Source of the DNA: Acidimicrobiales bacterium
GTDB lineage: Bacteria; Actinomycetota; Acidimicrobiia; Acidimicrobiales; MedAcidi-G1
Assembly: GCA_029577135.1 (NCBI GenBank)
Contig: JARQPW010000001.1
Span: 42,022 to 106,021 of the forward strand
DNA length: 64,000 nucleotides
Direction of reading: 5' to 3'
The translations under genes and the position numbers were made by a program. This document shows positions 1 through 11,936 of the stretch, piece by piece (the stretch's first letter is position 1; each line of letters starts with the position of its first letter). The notes beneath the pieces are model-generated. The model was not told where the DNA came from, ran no database searches, and was given only the letters and a program-made list of their open reading frames with translations.

Positions 1-479
1 CACACGGTCGTGACCGGACCGGGGATCGACGGCAGGTGCTCGGCGAACTCGTCGGGTGAGCCGAACGGGTCGCGGTCGCCCGACACGAACAGGCACGGCA
101 CGTCGATCGCGCCGAAGTGGTCGACCCGGAGCTTCTCGGCCTTGTCCGGCGGGTGCAGCGGGTAGCAGATGAGCACGAGGCCGGCGGCGGGCATCCCCCC
201 GGCGACCGCCATCGAGCACATGCGCCCGCCCATCGACCGGCCGCCGAGCACCAGACCGGCAGGGTCGACGCCGGCCCCCTCGGCGAACGCCGGCACGTCC
301 TCGGCCAGCGATGCCAGCAGCTTCGGCGCACGGTCCGGGAACCTGCGGCCCTCCCGCCGGTAGGGGAAGTCGTAGCGGCCGACCGGCAGCGGTGCCAGGC
401 GCTCCTCGAGCAGCACGAGGCTGGAGTGGCTCGAATCCGAGCCGGCGCCGTGGGTCAGGAACAGGCCGCAGACGGGCAT
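1..479 (-). CDS. alpha/beta hydrolase (dienelactone-hydrolase-like), C-terminal end runs off the window
   Basis: Not in the ORF track because it has no stop in the window. My translation from the ATG (complement of 477-479) gives MPVCGLFLTHGAGSDSS...GLVLGGRSMGGRMCSMAV...CLFVSGDRDPFG. It shows a G-x-S-x-G nucleophile elbow (GRSMGG) and an alpha/beta hydrolase layout. Confidence 0.55.
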   Translation of the reverse strand, partial: MPVCGLFLTHGAGSDSSHSSLVLLEERLAPLPVGRYDFPYRREGRRFPDRAPKLLASLAEDVPAFAEGAGVDPAGLVLGGRSMGGRMCSMAVAGGMPAAGLVLICYPLHPPDKAEKLRVDHFGAIDVPCLFVSGDRDPFGSPDEFAEHLPSIPGPVTTV

Positions 480-535
480 ACGGCGAGGGTAGGCGCGGCG
501 CGGCCTCCGGGACGCCCCACGGGTAGCCTGCTCAC

Positions 536-1528
536 ATGGCCGACCCCGACCGGCACGACGAACTGGTCGCCACCATGACCGGCGGCATGGCCCCCACGCC
601 GCCGCCGTTCGCCGGCAGCGACCGCCTCCAACCCGACGGCCGTCCGAAGGGCGACTTCCGGGACGAAATGCGCCGCATCCCCGTGGCCCGCAACGTGGTG
701 ACCGTGCTTGGCGCCCTCGCCACCCCGGTGCTGGTCGTGTGGGCCGCCGTCACGCTCGCCCACCCCGTCGCCTGGGTGGCCGCCTTTCCGGCCATGGCGC
801 TGGCCCAGAACCGGCTGTTCATCCTCCACCACGAGGCCGCCCACCGGGTGCTGTTCCCGAACCGCCGCATCAACGACGCCGTCGGCATCACGATGATCGG
901 CTGGCTGACCTTCGGCACGGGCAGCCACGGCTACCGGCTCGGCCACGTCAACCACCACCGCGACGAGTTCGGCCCGAAGGAACCCGACTTCCTCCTCTAC
1001 AGCCTCTACCCGATCACCCGGGCGTCGATGCGCCGCAAGATCACCCGCGACGCCAGTGGCGTCTCGGCCTTCCGGATCGTGCGGCCCAGGTTCCAGCGCC
1101 TCGGCGAGGTCCGCCACCGGCGCCTCACCTACCGGTTCCTGCTGGGCCAGGCGCTCATCGCCGCCGCCTTCGCCCTGGCCGGCCACCCGTGGCTGTACCC
1201 GCTGCTGTGGGTGCTGCCGTGGATGTTCGTGTACCAGGTGCTCAACCGGCTGCGGGCCATCGCCGAGCACGGCGGCATGACCCGCTCCGACGACCGGCGC
1301 CGCACCAGCCGCCACGTCCGCCAGACCCTGCCCTCCCGGCTGCTGATCGTGCCCTGCAACGTCGGCTACCACCTGGCCCACCACGTCGACATGACCGTGC
1401 CGATGTGGAACCTGCCCCGCCTGCACGCCGCCCTCGTCGAGGACGGCTACGTGGGGGACCTCGAGTGGCCGAACTACCGGGCCCTCTGGAAGGCCCAACG
1501 CTCACGGCCCGCAGAGGCCGCCGCCTGA
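536..1528 (+). CDS. membrane fatty acid desaturase family protein
   Basis: Carries the three histidine boxes typical of the family: HHEAAH, HVNHHR, HLAHHVD. Hydrophobic segments lie between them. Confidence 0.8.
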   Translation: MADPDRHDELVATMTGGMAPTPPPFAGSDRLQPDGRPKGDFRDEMRRIPVARNVVTVLGALATPVLVVWAAVTLAHPVAWVAAFPAMALAQNRLFILHHEAAHRVLFPNRRINDAVGITMIGWLTFGTGSHGYRLGHVNHHRDEFGPKEPDFLLYSLYPITRASMRRKITRDASGVSAFRIVRPRFQRLGEVRHRRLTYRFLLGQALIAAAFALAGHPWLYPLLWVLPWMFVYQVLNRLRAIAEHGGMTRSDDRRRTSRHVRQTLPSRLLIVPCNVGYHLAHHVDMTVPMWNLPRLHAALVEDGYVGDLEWPNYRALWKAQRSRPAEAAA

Positions 1529-1529
1529 A

Positions 1530-1820
1530 TCAGATGTCGACGACCTCGACCACGTCGAGGTTCCGGAAGGTGATGTCGCCGGTGGACTCCTCGATCTTGG
1601 CCGCCTCGTCCTGGGTCGTCTCGTGCTCGCTGTTGGCCATCGCCTCCTCGTAGGAGTCGAACTCGACGATCTGCACGACGAGTCCGGGGTCGTCGCGGTC
1701 GACGCAGACGGTGGCCCGCCGGGCGGTCGTCTGGTCGCCCATCAGGTCCCTGTAGCGGTGGATGTCGGCCACCGCATCCTCTGCCGTCGACCGGAACTCC
1801 ATCAACTGGTAGAAGCGCAT
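1530..1820 (-). CDS. small hypothetical protein (96 aa)
   Basis: Uses an internal Met (MRFYQLMEFRS...) of the 327-aa track ORF. The upstream part of that ORF is antisense to the MgtC gene, so only the short form is plausible. No family assigned. Confidence 0.4.
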   Translation of the reverse strand: MRFYQLMEFRSTAEDAVADIHRYRDLMGDQTTARRATVCVDRDDPGLVVQIVEFDSYEEAMANSEHETTQDEAAKIEESTGDITFRNLDVVEVVDI

Positions 1821-1946
1821 GCCCCGCCCCCCCTCTTCCTTGATCTGCTCGTGGTCGGAGCCGCCACCCTTCCACGGGGCGTGCCGAGCCACAAGCTGCC
1901 CCCGCCCCCCGTGTCTTCGCCATGTCGCCCGGTCTACGCTCGTCTG

Positions 1947-2567
1947 ATGGAGGAGGAACTCGTCAAGATGGTCCTGGCGGTGGCGCTGGGCGGCGTCATC
2001 GGCTTCGAGCGCGAGTTGCACGAGAAGGCGGCCGGCGTCCGCACGATCATCCTCATCACGCTGGCCTCCACCCTGTTCACCCTGACCTCGATCGAGATCG
2101 CCGGCAACGCAGACCCGGGCCGGGTGGCCGCACAGATCGTCACCGGCGTGGGCTTTCTCGGCGGTGGCGTGATCCTCAAGGAGCGGGGCAGCGTCGTCGG
2201 CATCACCACCGCCGCCACAATCTGGATGGCGGCCGCCATCGGGGTCGCCGTCGGGATCGGCGAGTACGCCGTCGCCTCGGCCACCACCGCCGTCGCCTTT
2301 GTGGTGCTGCTGGCCCTTCCCGCCCTGGAGCGCCACATCGCCACCCTCTCCTCGCAGCGCTACCGCGTCACCTGTGCCGGGAACGGCAGCCACCTCGACG
2401 ACCTGAGGGTCCTCTTCATCGAGGCAGGCCTCAAGGTCCGCAGGATCGTCCAGACCAAGGCGGAGCGCCGCTCGCGGATCGAGGTCAGCGCCAGTGGCCG
2501 TCCAAGCGCCCACCAGGCCGTCCGACGGGCGTTGTTCGAGTCCGACTTCGTCGAGGACTTCCGCTAG
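1947..2567 (+). CDS. MgtC/SapB family membrane protein
   Basis: MEEELVKMVLAVALGGVIGFERELHEKAAGVRTIILITLAS...AAQIVTGVGFLGGGVILKE...TTAATIWMAAAIGVAVG is the characteristic MgtC N-terminal domain. Start chosen at ATG 1947. Confidence 0.8.
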   Translation: MEEELVKMVLAVALGGVIGFERELHEKAAGVRTIILITLASTLFTLTSIEIAGNADPGRVAAQIVTGVGFLGGGVILKERGSVVGITTAATIWMAAAIGVAVGIGEYAVASATTAVAFVVLLALPALERHIATLSSQRYRVTCAGNGSHLDDLRVLFIEAGLKVRRIVQTKAERRSRIEVSASGRPSAHQAVRRALFESDFVEDFR

Positions 2568-2582
2568 TCGGGGGACCGGCCC

Positions 2583-3380
2583 TCAGACCAGCCGCCGGAG
2601 CGCCTCGGTGAGGGTCGTGGCGGCGGCGGTCAACTCATCCTCCGACGTGTCGCCGGCGACCAGCAGGTCGACCAGGTCGGCCGAGCGCTCGCCGAGGGCG
2701 TCCCAGAGCTTCGGGTCGATCCCGAAGGGCGGCCGGTGTCCGATGAGCACCGGGGCAATCTCGACCAACTTCGACACCCCGACGTCGTCGCGGGGGTCCT
2801 TGCGCAGTCGGTCGCAGGCCACGAAGACCTGGGTCATCATGCGGTTGCCGTCGAGGCCGTCGAGTTCGGGCCGGTCGTCGGAACCCGACTCGAAGGCGTC
2901 GATGGCGGTCTCGACGGCGTCTTCGTCGCTGGCGAGCACCACCAGGTCGCCGACTTCGTCGAACTCGTGGGCGATCCCGAGCCGGACCAGCAGGTGGGAG
3001 AAGGCGGTCTGCTCGTCGTCGGCCCAGTCGACCAGCTCATAGGCCAACTTCTCGACGTCGGGATCGAGGGCCGGACCAGCGGTCGACTCGGCGACGACGA
3101 GGAGTTCGTCGACCGGTGCCTCGTCGGCCGCCCGAACCACCAGGGTGGCACCCTGCCAGGCATGGGCGATGCCGTCGTCGGTCAGCAGCTGGTCGAGGAT
3201 GCGCCGTGCCTCGCCCGCCCACTCGTGGAGTTCGTAGGCCAACTGTTCCTCGTCGGGCGCCCCCACGGCTGTGGCGTCGACCGGTGCCTCGTCGACCAGC
3301 GCCACTCCGCACTCGAGGCAGTCGGCGACGTTCGGGGCGTACTCGATTCCGCACTGGAAACACCATGGCATGGGCATCAT
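2583..3380 (-). CDS. hypothetical protein with N-terminal zinc-ribbon and an internally duplicated ~50-aa module
   Basis: [19 protein letters not shown] is a CxxC...CxxC zinc ribbon. It is followed by two similar segments ([31 protein letters not shown].. and [31 protein letters not shown]..). Start is uncertain (Met cluster MMPMP). Confidence 0.5.
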   Translation of the reverse strand: MMPMPWCFQCGIEYAPNVADCLECGVALVDEAPVDATAVGAPDEEQLAYELHEWAGEARRILDQLLTDDGIAHAWQGATLVVRAADEAPVDELLVVAESTAGPALDPDVEKLAYELVDWADDEQTAFSHLLVRLGIAHEFDEVGDLVVLASDEDAVETAIDAFESGSDDRPELDGLDGNRMMTQVFVACDRLRKDPRDDVGVSKLVEIAPVLIGHRPPFGIDPKLWDALGERSADLVDLLVAGDTSEDELTAAATTLTEALRRLV

Positions 3381-3471
3381 CCTGACACCCCGGCGGCCCG
3401 CTCCCACCCCGAACGGCACGATCTCCACAGGGTCGTGCCGACCTCAGCCAGCGGGAGTATCGTCGTCGACC

Positions 3472-4470
3472 GTGGCCGAAACCCCGAATCCCGAAGCCCC
3501 AGACCGGAACCTGGCACTCGACCTGGTCCGGGTGACCGAGTCCGCCGCACTGGCCGCCTCCCGCTGGATGGGCCGTGGCGACAAGGAGGGCGTCGACGGC
3601 GCCGCCGTCGACGCCATGCGCCAGATGCTGCGCACGATCCCGATGGACGGCACGGTGATCATCGGCGAGGGCGAGAAGGACGAGGCACCGATGCTCTTCA
3701 ACGGCGAGCGGGTCGGAGACGGCACCCCTCCGAGCGCCGACATCGCCGTCGACCCCATCGACGGCACAACGCTGACCGCCCTCGGCCGCGGCAACGCCCT
3801 GGCGGTGATCGCCGTGAGCGACCAGGGCACGATGTTCGACCCCGGCCCGTGCGTCTACATGGAGAAGATTGCCGTCGGCCCCGGTTGCGCCGACGCCATC
3901 GACATCACGTTGTCTCCCACCGAAAACCTCCAGCGGGTGGCCGAGGCCAAGGGCGAGTCGGTGCGCGACATCACCGCCGTCATCCTCGACCGCGACCGCC
4001 ACAGCGACCTCATCGCCGAGGTACGCGACGCCGGCGCCCGCATCCGACTCATCCCCGACGGCGACGTGGCCGGCGCCATCTCGGTCGCCTGGCCCGATTC
4101 CGGCGCCGACATCCTGTTCGGCATCGGCGGCACCCCCGAGGGCGTGATCGCCGCTGCAGCACTCAAGTGCATGGGCGGCGTGCTCACCGGCCGCCTGTGG
4201 CCACGCAACGACGCCGAGCGGACCGCCGCCGTCGAGCGAGGGTATGAACTCGATGCCGTGCTCATGACCGATGACCTGGTGGCCGGCGACAACTGCTTCT
4301 TCGCCGCCACGGGCATCACCGACGGCGACCTCATGAAGGGCGTGCACTACGCCAACGGCCAGGCCCACACCCAATCACTGGTCATGCGGTCGAAGTCCGG
4401 CACCGTCCGCTTCATCGAGGCCCACCACCGCCTCGAGAAACTCGAAGGCTTCTCCGTCGTCGAGTACTGA
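3472..4470 (+). CDS. glpX: fructose-1,6-bisphosphatase class II
   Basis: [37 protein letters not shown]...[17 protein letters not shown] is the conserved GlpX N-terminus and the length fits (~332 aa). GTG at 3472 is in frame. The upstream track ORF portion overlaps the divergent gene. Confidence 0.9.
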   Translation: MAETPNPEAPDRNLALDLVRVTESAALAASRWMGRGDKEGVDGAAVDAMRQMLRTIPMDGTVIIGEGEKDEAPMLFNGERVGDGTPPSADIAVDPIDGTTLTALGRGNALAVIAVSDQGTMFDPGPCVYMEKIAVGPGCADAIDITLSPTENLQRVAEAKGESVRDITAVILDRDRHSDLIAEVRDAGARIRLIPDGDVAGAISVAWPDSGADILFGIGGTPEGVIAAAALKCMGGVLTGRLWPRNDAERTAAVERGYELDAVLMTDDLVAGDNCFFAATGITDGDLMKGVHYANGQAHTQSLVMRSKSGTVRFIEAHHRLEKLEGFSVVEY

Positions 4471-4471
4471 G

Positions 4472-4495
4472 CCGGGGGCGGATTGGTCCCCCCGG
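4472..4495. terminator. candidate bidirectional terminator hairpin between convergent glpX and atpC
   Basis: CCGGGGG-cggattggt(c)-CCCCCGG is a GC-rich 7-bp stem lying between two stop codons. There is no clear U-tract. Confidence 0.35.
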
Positions 4496-4514
4496 GAAGG
4501 GCCAGTGGGGCCGG

Positions 4515-4913
4515 TCAGCCTTCGGCACCGGCGACGGCCAGGCGGACATCCGCCCGGGACAGTGCGCCTTCGGCGTCTGCGTTGTCCTTGTCGGCCGACA
4601 GCGCCGACTCGGCGGCCGCCTTCGATGCCCGGGCCCGCTCGATGTCGATGTCGCCGGCGGCCTCGGACACGTCCGACAGGATGCTGATCTTCGTACCTGC
4701 CACCTGCACGAACCCCCGGTGCACCGCGAACGTGTCGCGGTCGCCGTCGGGACGCACCACGTCGACCGACCAGACGGCCAGCACGCCGATGAACGGCACG
4801 TGGCCCGGCTGGAAGGCGATGTCGCCGCCACCCACCGTGCGGGCGATGACCATTTCGGCCTCACCCTGGTAGGTGATGGCCTCCGGCGAGACCAGTTCGA
4901 CCTGGAACGTCAT
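4515..4913 (-). CDS. atpC: F1 ATP synthase epsilon subunit
   Basis: MTFQVELVSPE....GEAEMV...T..G..G....H.P is a typical epsilon N-terminus, and it is the last gene after atpD. Confidence 0.9.
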   Translation of the reverse strand: MTFQVELVSPEAITYQGEAEMVIARTVGGGDIAFQPGHVPFIGVLAVWSVDVVRPDGDRDTFAVHRGFVQVAGTKISILSDVSEAAGDIDIERARASKAAAESALSADKDNADAEGALSRADVRLAVAGAEG

Positions 4914-4921
4914 GGCGTCGC

Positions 4922-6385
<1,464 letters not shown>

Positions 6386-7321
6386 TCAGTTCTGGGCGCC
6401 CACGGGAGCGGGTTCCTCGGACTCGTTGCCGCTGCCCATGGCCTCGGCGCCACCGACGATCTCCATGATCTCGGTGGTGATGGCGTCCTGGCGGGCCTGG
6501 TTCATCTCACGCGAGAGCTTGGTGATCAGCTCCTCGGCGTTGTCGGTGGCGGCCTTCATGGCCCGCTGGCGGCTGGCGTGCTCGGAGGCGGCCGAGTCCA
6601 GCAAGGCGCCGAACAGGCGGGCCTCGACGTAACGGGGCAGCAGGGACTCGAGCACCGCCTCGGGGGACGGCTCGAACTCGAAGGCGCCGCTGAGTCCGGC
6701 GTCGTCGCCGGCCTCGGCGGCGATGGTCTCGGTGCTCTCGAGCGGCAGGAAGCGCCGGGTGGCGACCTTCTGCCTGCCGAGGCTGATGAACTCCGTGTAG
6801 ACGAGCTCGACCCGGTCGATGCTGCCCTCGCTGAACAGCGCCGACACCTCGTCGGCGATGCGGCGGGCGTCCTCGTAGGTGGGGTTGTCGCTGATGCCCA
6901 TGGTGAACGAGTCGATGGCGTACTTCCGGAAGGCGAAGTAGTCGCTGGCCTTCTTGCCGATGACGATCAGCGAGTAGTCGGCGCCCTCGGACCGGGCGTT
7001 CTGCACCTGTCGCTCGGCGGCCTTGATGACCGTCGAGTTGTACGGTCCGGCGAGGCCCCGGTCGGACGAGATGACGATCACGCCGACCCGTTCGACCTTC
7101 TCGGCCTGGCGGAGCAGAGGATGGTCGACCTCGGCGCCGCCGGCGGCGAGGTTCTCGATGACCGAGGTGATCTGCTCGGCGTAGGGGCGTGCCGCACGGG
7201 CCCGCTGCTGCGCCTTCACCACGCGGGTGGCGGCGATGAGCTCCATGGCCCGGGTGATCTTCTTGGTGTTCTGGACGCTGCCGATGCGGCGCCGCAGGAC
7301 CCGTTCCCTACCGCCGGCCAC
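6386..7321 (-). CDS. atpG: F1 ATP synthase gamma subunit
   Basis: RRIGSVQNTKKITRAMELIAATRV at the N-terminus and ITTEIMEIVGGAEA at the C-terminus. Sits between atpA and atpD. Confidence 0.95.
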   Translation of the reverse strand: MAGGRERVLRRRIGSVQNTKKITRAMELIAATRVVKAQQRARAARPYAEQITSVIENLAAGGAEVDHPLLRQAEKVERVGVIVISSDRGLAGPYNSTVIKAAERQVQNARSEGADYSLIVIGKKASDYFAFRKYAIDSFTMGISDNPTYEDARRIADEVSALFSEGSIDRVELVYTEFISLGRQKVATRRFLPLESTETIAAEAGDDAGLSGAFEFEPSPEAVLESLLPRYVEARLFGALLDSAASEHASRQRAMKAATDNAEELITKLSREMNQARQDAITTEIMEIVGGAEAMGSGNESEEPAPVGAQN

Positions 7322-7399
7322 TGAATGCTTCCATCACGGGGGCGCGCCGGGCCGCCGTCGGGGCGGAACCGTGGGCGCAGGTCGGTCGGGACATGTCGA

Positions 7400-9022
7400 T
7401 CACTCGGCGCTGGCCGAGATGTCCTCTTCGGGCAGCGTCGTGTCGGCGTCGACGAGCACCGAATCGGTGTCGGTCGCCTCGGCCTCGGGGGCCTCTGCGT
7501 CCGCGGCCGTGGAGCCGGCGAACTGCTCGGTGAAGGCGGCGATGGCGACCTCGAAGGCGTCCTCGTCGGCGATCCTGCCGGAGTCCCGGATGTCGGCCAG
7601 GACCTCGCTGTGGCGGGTCCGGAACCAGTCCAGCAGTTCAGCCTCGAAGCGGCGCACGTCGGCAATGGCGACACCGTCGAGGTTGCCCCGGGTGCCGGCC
7701 CAGATCGACACGACCTGTTCCTCGACCACCAGCGGCGAGTTGAGGCCCTGCTTGAGGAGCTCGGTGAGGCGGTAGCCCCTGTCGAGCTGCGCCTGGGACA
7801 GGGCGTCGAGGTCGGAGCCGAAGGCGGCGAACGACTCGAGCTCGCGGAACTGCTGCAGGTCGGACTTGAGCGTGCCCACGGCCACCTTCATGGCCTTGAT
7901 CTGGGCGGCCGAGCCGACGCGTGACACCGAGATGCCGACATCCACGGCGGGACGCACGCCCGACTTGAACAGGTCGTCCTGGAGGAAGATCTGGCCGTCG
8001 GTGATCGAGATCACGTTGGTCGGGATGAAGGCGGCGACGTCGCCGGCCTTGGTCTCGATGATCGGCAGGGCGGTCAGCGAGCCGGCGCCGAGGTCGTCGC
8101 TCAACTTGGCGGCACGCTCGAGCAGGCGGCTGTGCAGGTAGAAGACGTCGCCCGGGTAGGCCTCGCGGCCCGGCGGGCGGCGCAGCAGCAGCGATATCTG
8201 GCGGTAGGCCTCAGCCTGCTTCGACAGGTCGTCGTAGACGGCGAGGGCGTGTCCCCCGTTGTCCATCCAGTGCTGGCCCATGGCACAGCCGGCGTAGGGG
8301 GCGAGGTACTTGAACGGCGCCGGCTCGGACGCCGGGGCGACCACCACGACCGTGTACTCCATGGCCCCGTGGGCCTCGAGCACCGCCACGTTCTGGGCGA
8401 CCGTCGAGGCCTTCTGGCCGATGGCCACGTAGACGCAGTTCACGCCCTGGCCGGCCTGGTTGATGATCGTGTCGATGGCGATCGTCGTCTTGCCGGTCTT
8501 GCGGTCGCCGATGATCAGCTCGCGCTGGCCACGACCGATCGGGATGAGCGAGTCGATCGCCTTGATGCCGGTCTGCATCGGCTCGTGCACGGGCTTGCGG
8601 CCCATGATCCCGGGTGCCTGGATCTCCATGCGCCGCTGCACCACGTTGGTGAGCGGACCCTTGCCGTCGATGGGCTCGCCGAGGGCGTTGACGACACGAC
8701 CCAGCAGGCCGTCGCCCACGGGGAGGGAGAGGATGTCGCCGGTCGCCCGGACGGCCTGCCCCTCTTCGATGTCGTAGACCTCGCCCAGGACCACCGCACC
8801 GATGGAGTGCTCGTCCAGGTTCAGGGCCAGGCCCATCGTGCCGCTCTCGAACTGGAGCAGTTCGTTGACCGCAGCGTCGGGAAGGCCCGACACGCTGGCG
8901 ATGCCGTCACCCACCTCGAGTACCCGGCCGACCTGGGTCTGTTCCAGGCTGGGCTTGAAGCCCTCGAGGTTCTTCTGGATCGCGGCGGCAATCTCGGCGG
9001 TGTTGATCGTTAGTTCAGCCAT
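7400..9022 (-). CDS. atpA: F1 ATP synthase alpha subunit (with ~39-aa acidic C-terminal tail)
   Basis: Walker [16 protein letters not shown] plus conserved alpha blocks. It is 540 aa, longer than canonical alpha subunits. Confidence 0.97.
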   Translation of the reverse strand: MAELTINTAEIAAAIQKNLEGFKPSLEQTQVGRVLEVGDGIASVSGLPDAAVNELLQFESGTMGLALNLDEHSIGAVVLGEVYDIEEGQAVRATGDILSLPVGDGLLGRVVNALGEPIDGKGPLTNVVQRRMEIQAPGIMGRKPVHEPMQTGIKAIDSLIPIGRGQRELIIGDRKTGKTTIAIDTIINQAGQGVNCVYVAIGQKASTVAQNVAVLEAHGAMEYTVVVVAPASEPAPFKYLAPYAGCAMGQHWMDNGGHALAVYDDLSKQAEAYRQISLLLRRPPGREAYPGDVFYLHSRLLERAAKLSDDLGAGSLTALPIIETKAGDVAAFIPTNVISITDGQIFLQDDLFKSGVRPAVDVGISVSRVGSAAQIKAMKVAVGTLKSDLQQFRELESFAAFGSDLDALSQAQLDRGYRLTELLKQGLNSPLVVEEQVVSIWAGTRGNLDGVAIADVRRFEAELLDWFRTRHSEVLADIRDSGRIADEDAFEVAIAAFTEQFAGSTAADAEAPEAEATDTDSVLVDADTTLPEEDISASAE

Positions 9023-9052
9023 TGTTCTCTCTCGTCTCGGATGGCTCGCGTA

Positions 9053-9595
9053 CTACCGGAAGCTCTCACGGAGCTGGTTCAGGCGGCGTCGGACGCTGCC
9101 GTCGATGATGTCGTCGCCGATCTCGGTGACCACGCCACCGAGGACGCTCGGGTCCTCGACCACGCGGATCTCGACCTCCTTGCCGGTCGCCGTCTTGATG
9201 GCGGCAGCGAGGCGATCCCGCTGGTCGGCGGTGAGGGCGACGGCGGCGCGCACGGTGGCGACCGCCTTGTTGCGTGATGCGGCACTGTGCTCGATGAAGG
9301 CATCGACGATGGCGGGCAGTTCGGAGGCGCGTCCGGCACCCACCACCATCGCAACCAGCACCGACGTGGTCGCCGAGGCTCGGCCGTCCAGGAGGTCGTC
9401 GACCACCTGGAGGCGTCGAGCCGCCGGGACGTTGGAGTCGGCAAGGGTCGAGCGGAGTTCGTCGTTGGACCGGAGCGCCTGGGCGAAGCTGAACAACTCG
9501 TCCTCGACGGCCGAGAGGTCACCCTCGGCCGAGGCGACGGCGAACAGTGCCTCTGCGTAGCCGGTCACGGCGGCGTCAGCCATCGGCTCCGGCAA
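9053..9595 (-). CDS. atpH: F1 ATP synthase delta (OSCP) subunit
   Basis: Lies between atpF and atpA, with OSCP-like sequence (YAEALF....., GGVVTEIGDDIIDGSVRRRLNQL). The start may be the internal Met at 9583. Confidence 0.85.
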   Translation of the reverse strand: MPEPMADAAVTGYAEALFAVASAEGDLSAVEDELFSFAQALRSNDELRSTLADSNVPAARRLQVVDDLLDGRASATTSVLVAMVVGAGRASELPAIVDAFIEHSAASRNKAVATVRAAVALTADQRDRLAAAIKTATGKEVEIRVVEDPSVLGGVVTEIGDDIIDGSVRRRLNQLRESFR

Positions 9596-10286
9596 CCTCG
9601 TCTATGTAGGCGTCGATCAGGTGGGCCTGGACCTCGGCGTCGAGGCTCGACTGCACGACCCGCTCGGCGGCACCCAACGCGATGGCGGCGACCTCGGCGC
9701 GGAGGTCGGCGATCGCCTGGGCCTTGGCGGCGTCGGATTCGGCAGCGGCGCGCTCCCGGATTCCGGCGGCGTCGGCCTCGGCACGTGCGACCAGGTCGGC
9801 GCGGACCCGTTCGGCGTCGCCGCGTGCCTCGTCGATCAGCCGGGAGGCCTCGGACTTGGCGTCGGCAAGCCGTGCCTCGTAGATGACCTTCACGGACTGG
9901 GCGTCCAGCTTGGCCTGGTCGGCCTCGTCGAGGTCGGCCCGGATCCGGTCGGCGCGGGCGTCCATTGCGCCCTGCACGGCCGGGAAGCCCTTCTTGACCA
10001 TCAGCACGAACAGGATCAGGAAGGCGCCGCCTCCCCAGATGATCTCGTTCAACTCGGGCAGGATCGGGCTGGGGGCCTCGAAGCACTTCTCGAGTTGGTC
10101 TTGGACGGCCTCGTCGTGCGCGGCTTCCTCGACATCGCCGTGGTAGGTCTCCACTGCCTCGGCGAAGCGTTCGGCCATACAGCCGCCCACGGTCTCGGCC
10201 GATGCCGAGGCGGGGCCGGCGACGGCCACCAGGATGACGAGGGCGAGCAGCGGGGCCGCCAGCAGGCGGATCGGTCGGTTACGCAT
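9576..10286 (-). CDS. atpF: Fo ATP synthase b subunit with N-terminal extension
   Basis: The canonical b core starts near residue 75 (PELNEIIWGGGAFLILFVLMVKKGFPAV... followed by a long charged helix). About 73 residues containing a signal-peptide-like segment precede it. Confidence 0.8.
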   Translation of the reverse strand: MRNRPIRLLAAPLLALVILVAVAGPASASAETVGGCMAERFAEAVETYHGDVEEAAHDEAVQDQLEKCFEAPSPILPELNEIIWGGGAFLILFVLMVKKGFPAVQGAMDARADRIRADLDEADQAKLDAQSVKVIYEARLADAKSEASRLIDEARGDAERVRADLVARAEADAAGIRERAAAESDAAKAQAIADLRAEVAAIALGAAERVVQSSLDAEVQAHLIDAYIDEVAGADG

Positions 10287-10317
10287 GGGTTCGACTCTCT
10301 TTCGTTCGACCCGTGCC

Positions 10318-10671
<354 letters not shown>

Positions 10672-11439
10672 CTAGTGGGCCGGGTGCATCGAGCCGCCGA
10701 TGTAGACGGCGGTCAGGATCGTGAAGATGAACGCCTGCAGGACCGAGACGAGGATCTCGAAGGCGGTCATGAGGACGAGCATGGCGAAGGGGGCGATCGC
10801 CGTCGGGGGCATGGCACCCCACAGGGCGGTGGTCAGCACGGCGAAGGTGACCAGCAGGAGGTGGCCGGCGACCATGTTGGCCCAGAGCCGGATGGCCAGC
10901 GAGAAGGGCCGCACCACGAAGGTCGACACCAGCTCGATGGGGGTCACGATCACGTACAGGAGCTTCGGGACGCCCGGGGGGAAGAGCGAGTTCTTGAGGT
11001 AGCCACCGAGGCCCTGGGACTTGATGCCGACCACGTTGTAGATGCACCACACGACGATGGCGAGGGTGATCGGGACGGCCATGCGGCTGTTGGCCGGGAA
11101 CTGGATCCCCGGGATGACCTCGGTGATGTTGGAGAAGAGGATGAAGAAGAACATCGTGGTGAGGAAGGGCATGAACTTCTTGCCCTCGGGGCCGATCGTC
11201 TCCATGACGATCGACTTCTCGACGAAGGTCACGCCCGACTCGGCGACGTGCTGCACGCCGGCGGGCACCAAAGGGGCGTTCTTACGGCCGGCCACGAGGA
11301 AGATGGCCGCGGTGATGACGACCGCCGCCAGGTAGATCAGGACCGTCTTGTTGACGGCGTACATGGTCCCGTCGAAGAGGATGGCCGGCCACTCGAAGAG
11401 GTGGCTGACGGGCGGGAAGTCGAGGGCGAGCACGTTCAC
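10672..11439 (-). CDS. atpB: Fo ATP synthase a subunit
   Basis: Polytopic protein with the conserved LAIRLWANMVAGH motif (essential Arg). Confidence 0.95.
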   Translation of the reverse strand: MNVLALDFPPVSHLFEWPAILFDGTMYAVNKTVLIYLAAVVITAAIFLVAGRKNAPLVPAGVQHVAESGVTFVEKSIVMETIGPEGKKFMPFLTTMFFFILFSNITEVIPGIQFPANSRMAVPITLAIVVWCIYNVVGIKSQGLGGYLKNSLFPPGVPKLLYVIVTPIELVSTFVVRPFSLAIRLWANMVAGHLLLVTFAVLTTALWGAMPPTAIAPFAMLVLMTAFEILVSVLQAFIFTILTAVYIGGSMHPAH

Positions 11440-11447
11440 GGGTGGTG

Positions 11448-11936
11448 CTACTCCTGGGGTGACGTGGGATCGGTGGAGGGTTCGTCGCCGACCTTGCGGG
11501 CCGACGGCGCCAGGCCAGGGTGGGCCAGCGTGATCGAAACCCGCTTGGTCTCCGCTGCGAGGAGGCCGAGGTGGGTGACGAGCAGGGTGATGGCGAAGGG
11601 TACGGCGGAGAACCAGCCGGTGCTCTTGAACGCCAGGGCGATCACGGCGAGCAGGCCGAGTCGGACGATGTAGCCGAGCAGCACGGCACCGTAGAGGGCG
11701 TTGAGCGAGACGGAGACGGCACGTCCGATGATGGCGGCGCCGAGGAGGAAGTTGCCGGCGACAAGCAGCAGTGCCAGTCCGGCGGACACGGCGCCGTCGA
11801 CGCCTTCGAGGGCGGCTCCGAGGATGATGAAGGCCGGCGACACCCAGGCGGCGCGGCGGGCGAGGTCGCGGGCGATCTCGCGCTCGGGGCCCTCGGCGGG
11901 CAGCACGACGTCGGGGTTCTCGGTCACGGCACTCAC
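11448..11936 (-). CDS. hydrophobic membrane protein, ATP synthase protein I-like by position
   Basis: Four predicted hydrophobic helices, immediately upstream of atpB and overlapping the upstream small gene by 4 nt. Assignment rests on position only. Confidence 0.5.
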   Translation of the reverse strand: MSAVTENPDVVLPAEGPEREIARDLARRAAWVSPAFIILGAALEGVDGAVSAGLALLLVAGNFLLGAAIIGRAVSVSLNALYGAVLLGYIVRLGLLAVIALAFKSTGWFSAVPFAITLLVTHLGLLAAETKRVSITLAHPGLAPSARKVGDEPSTDPTSPQE

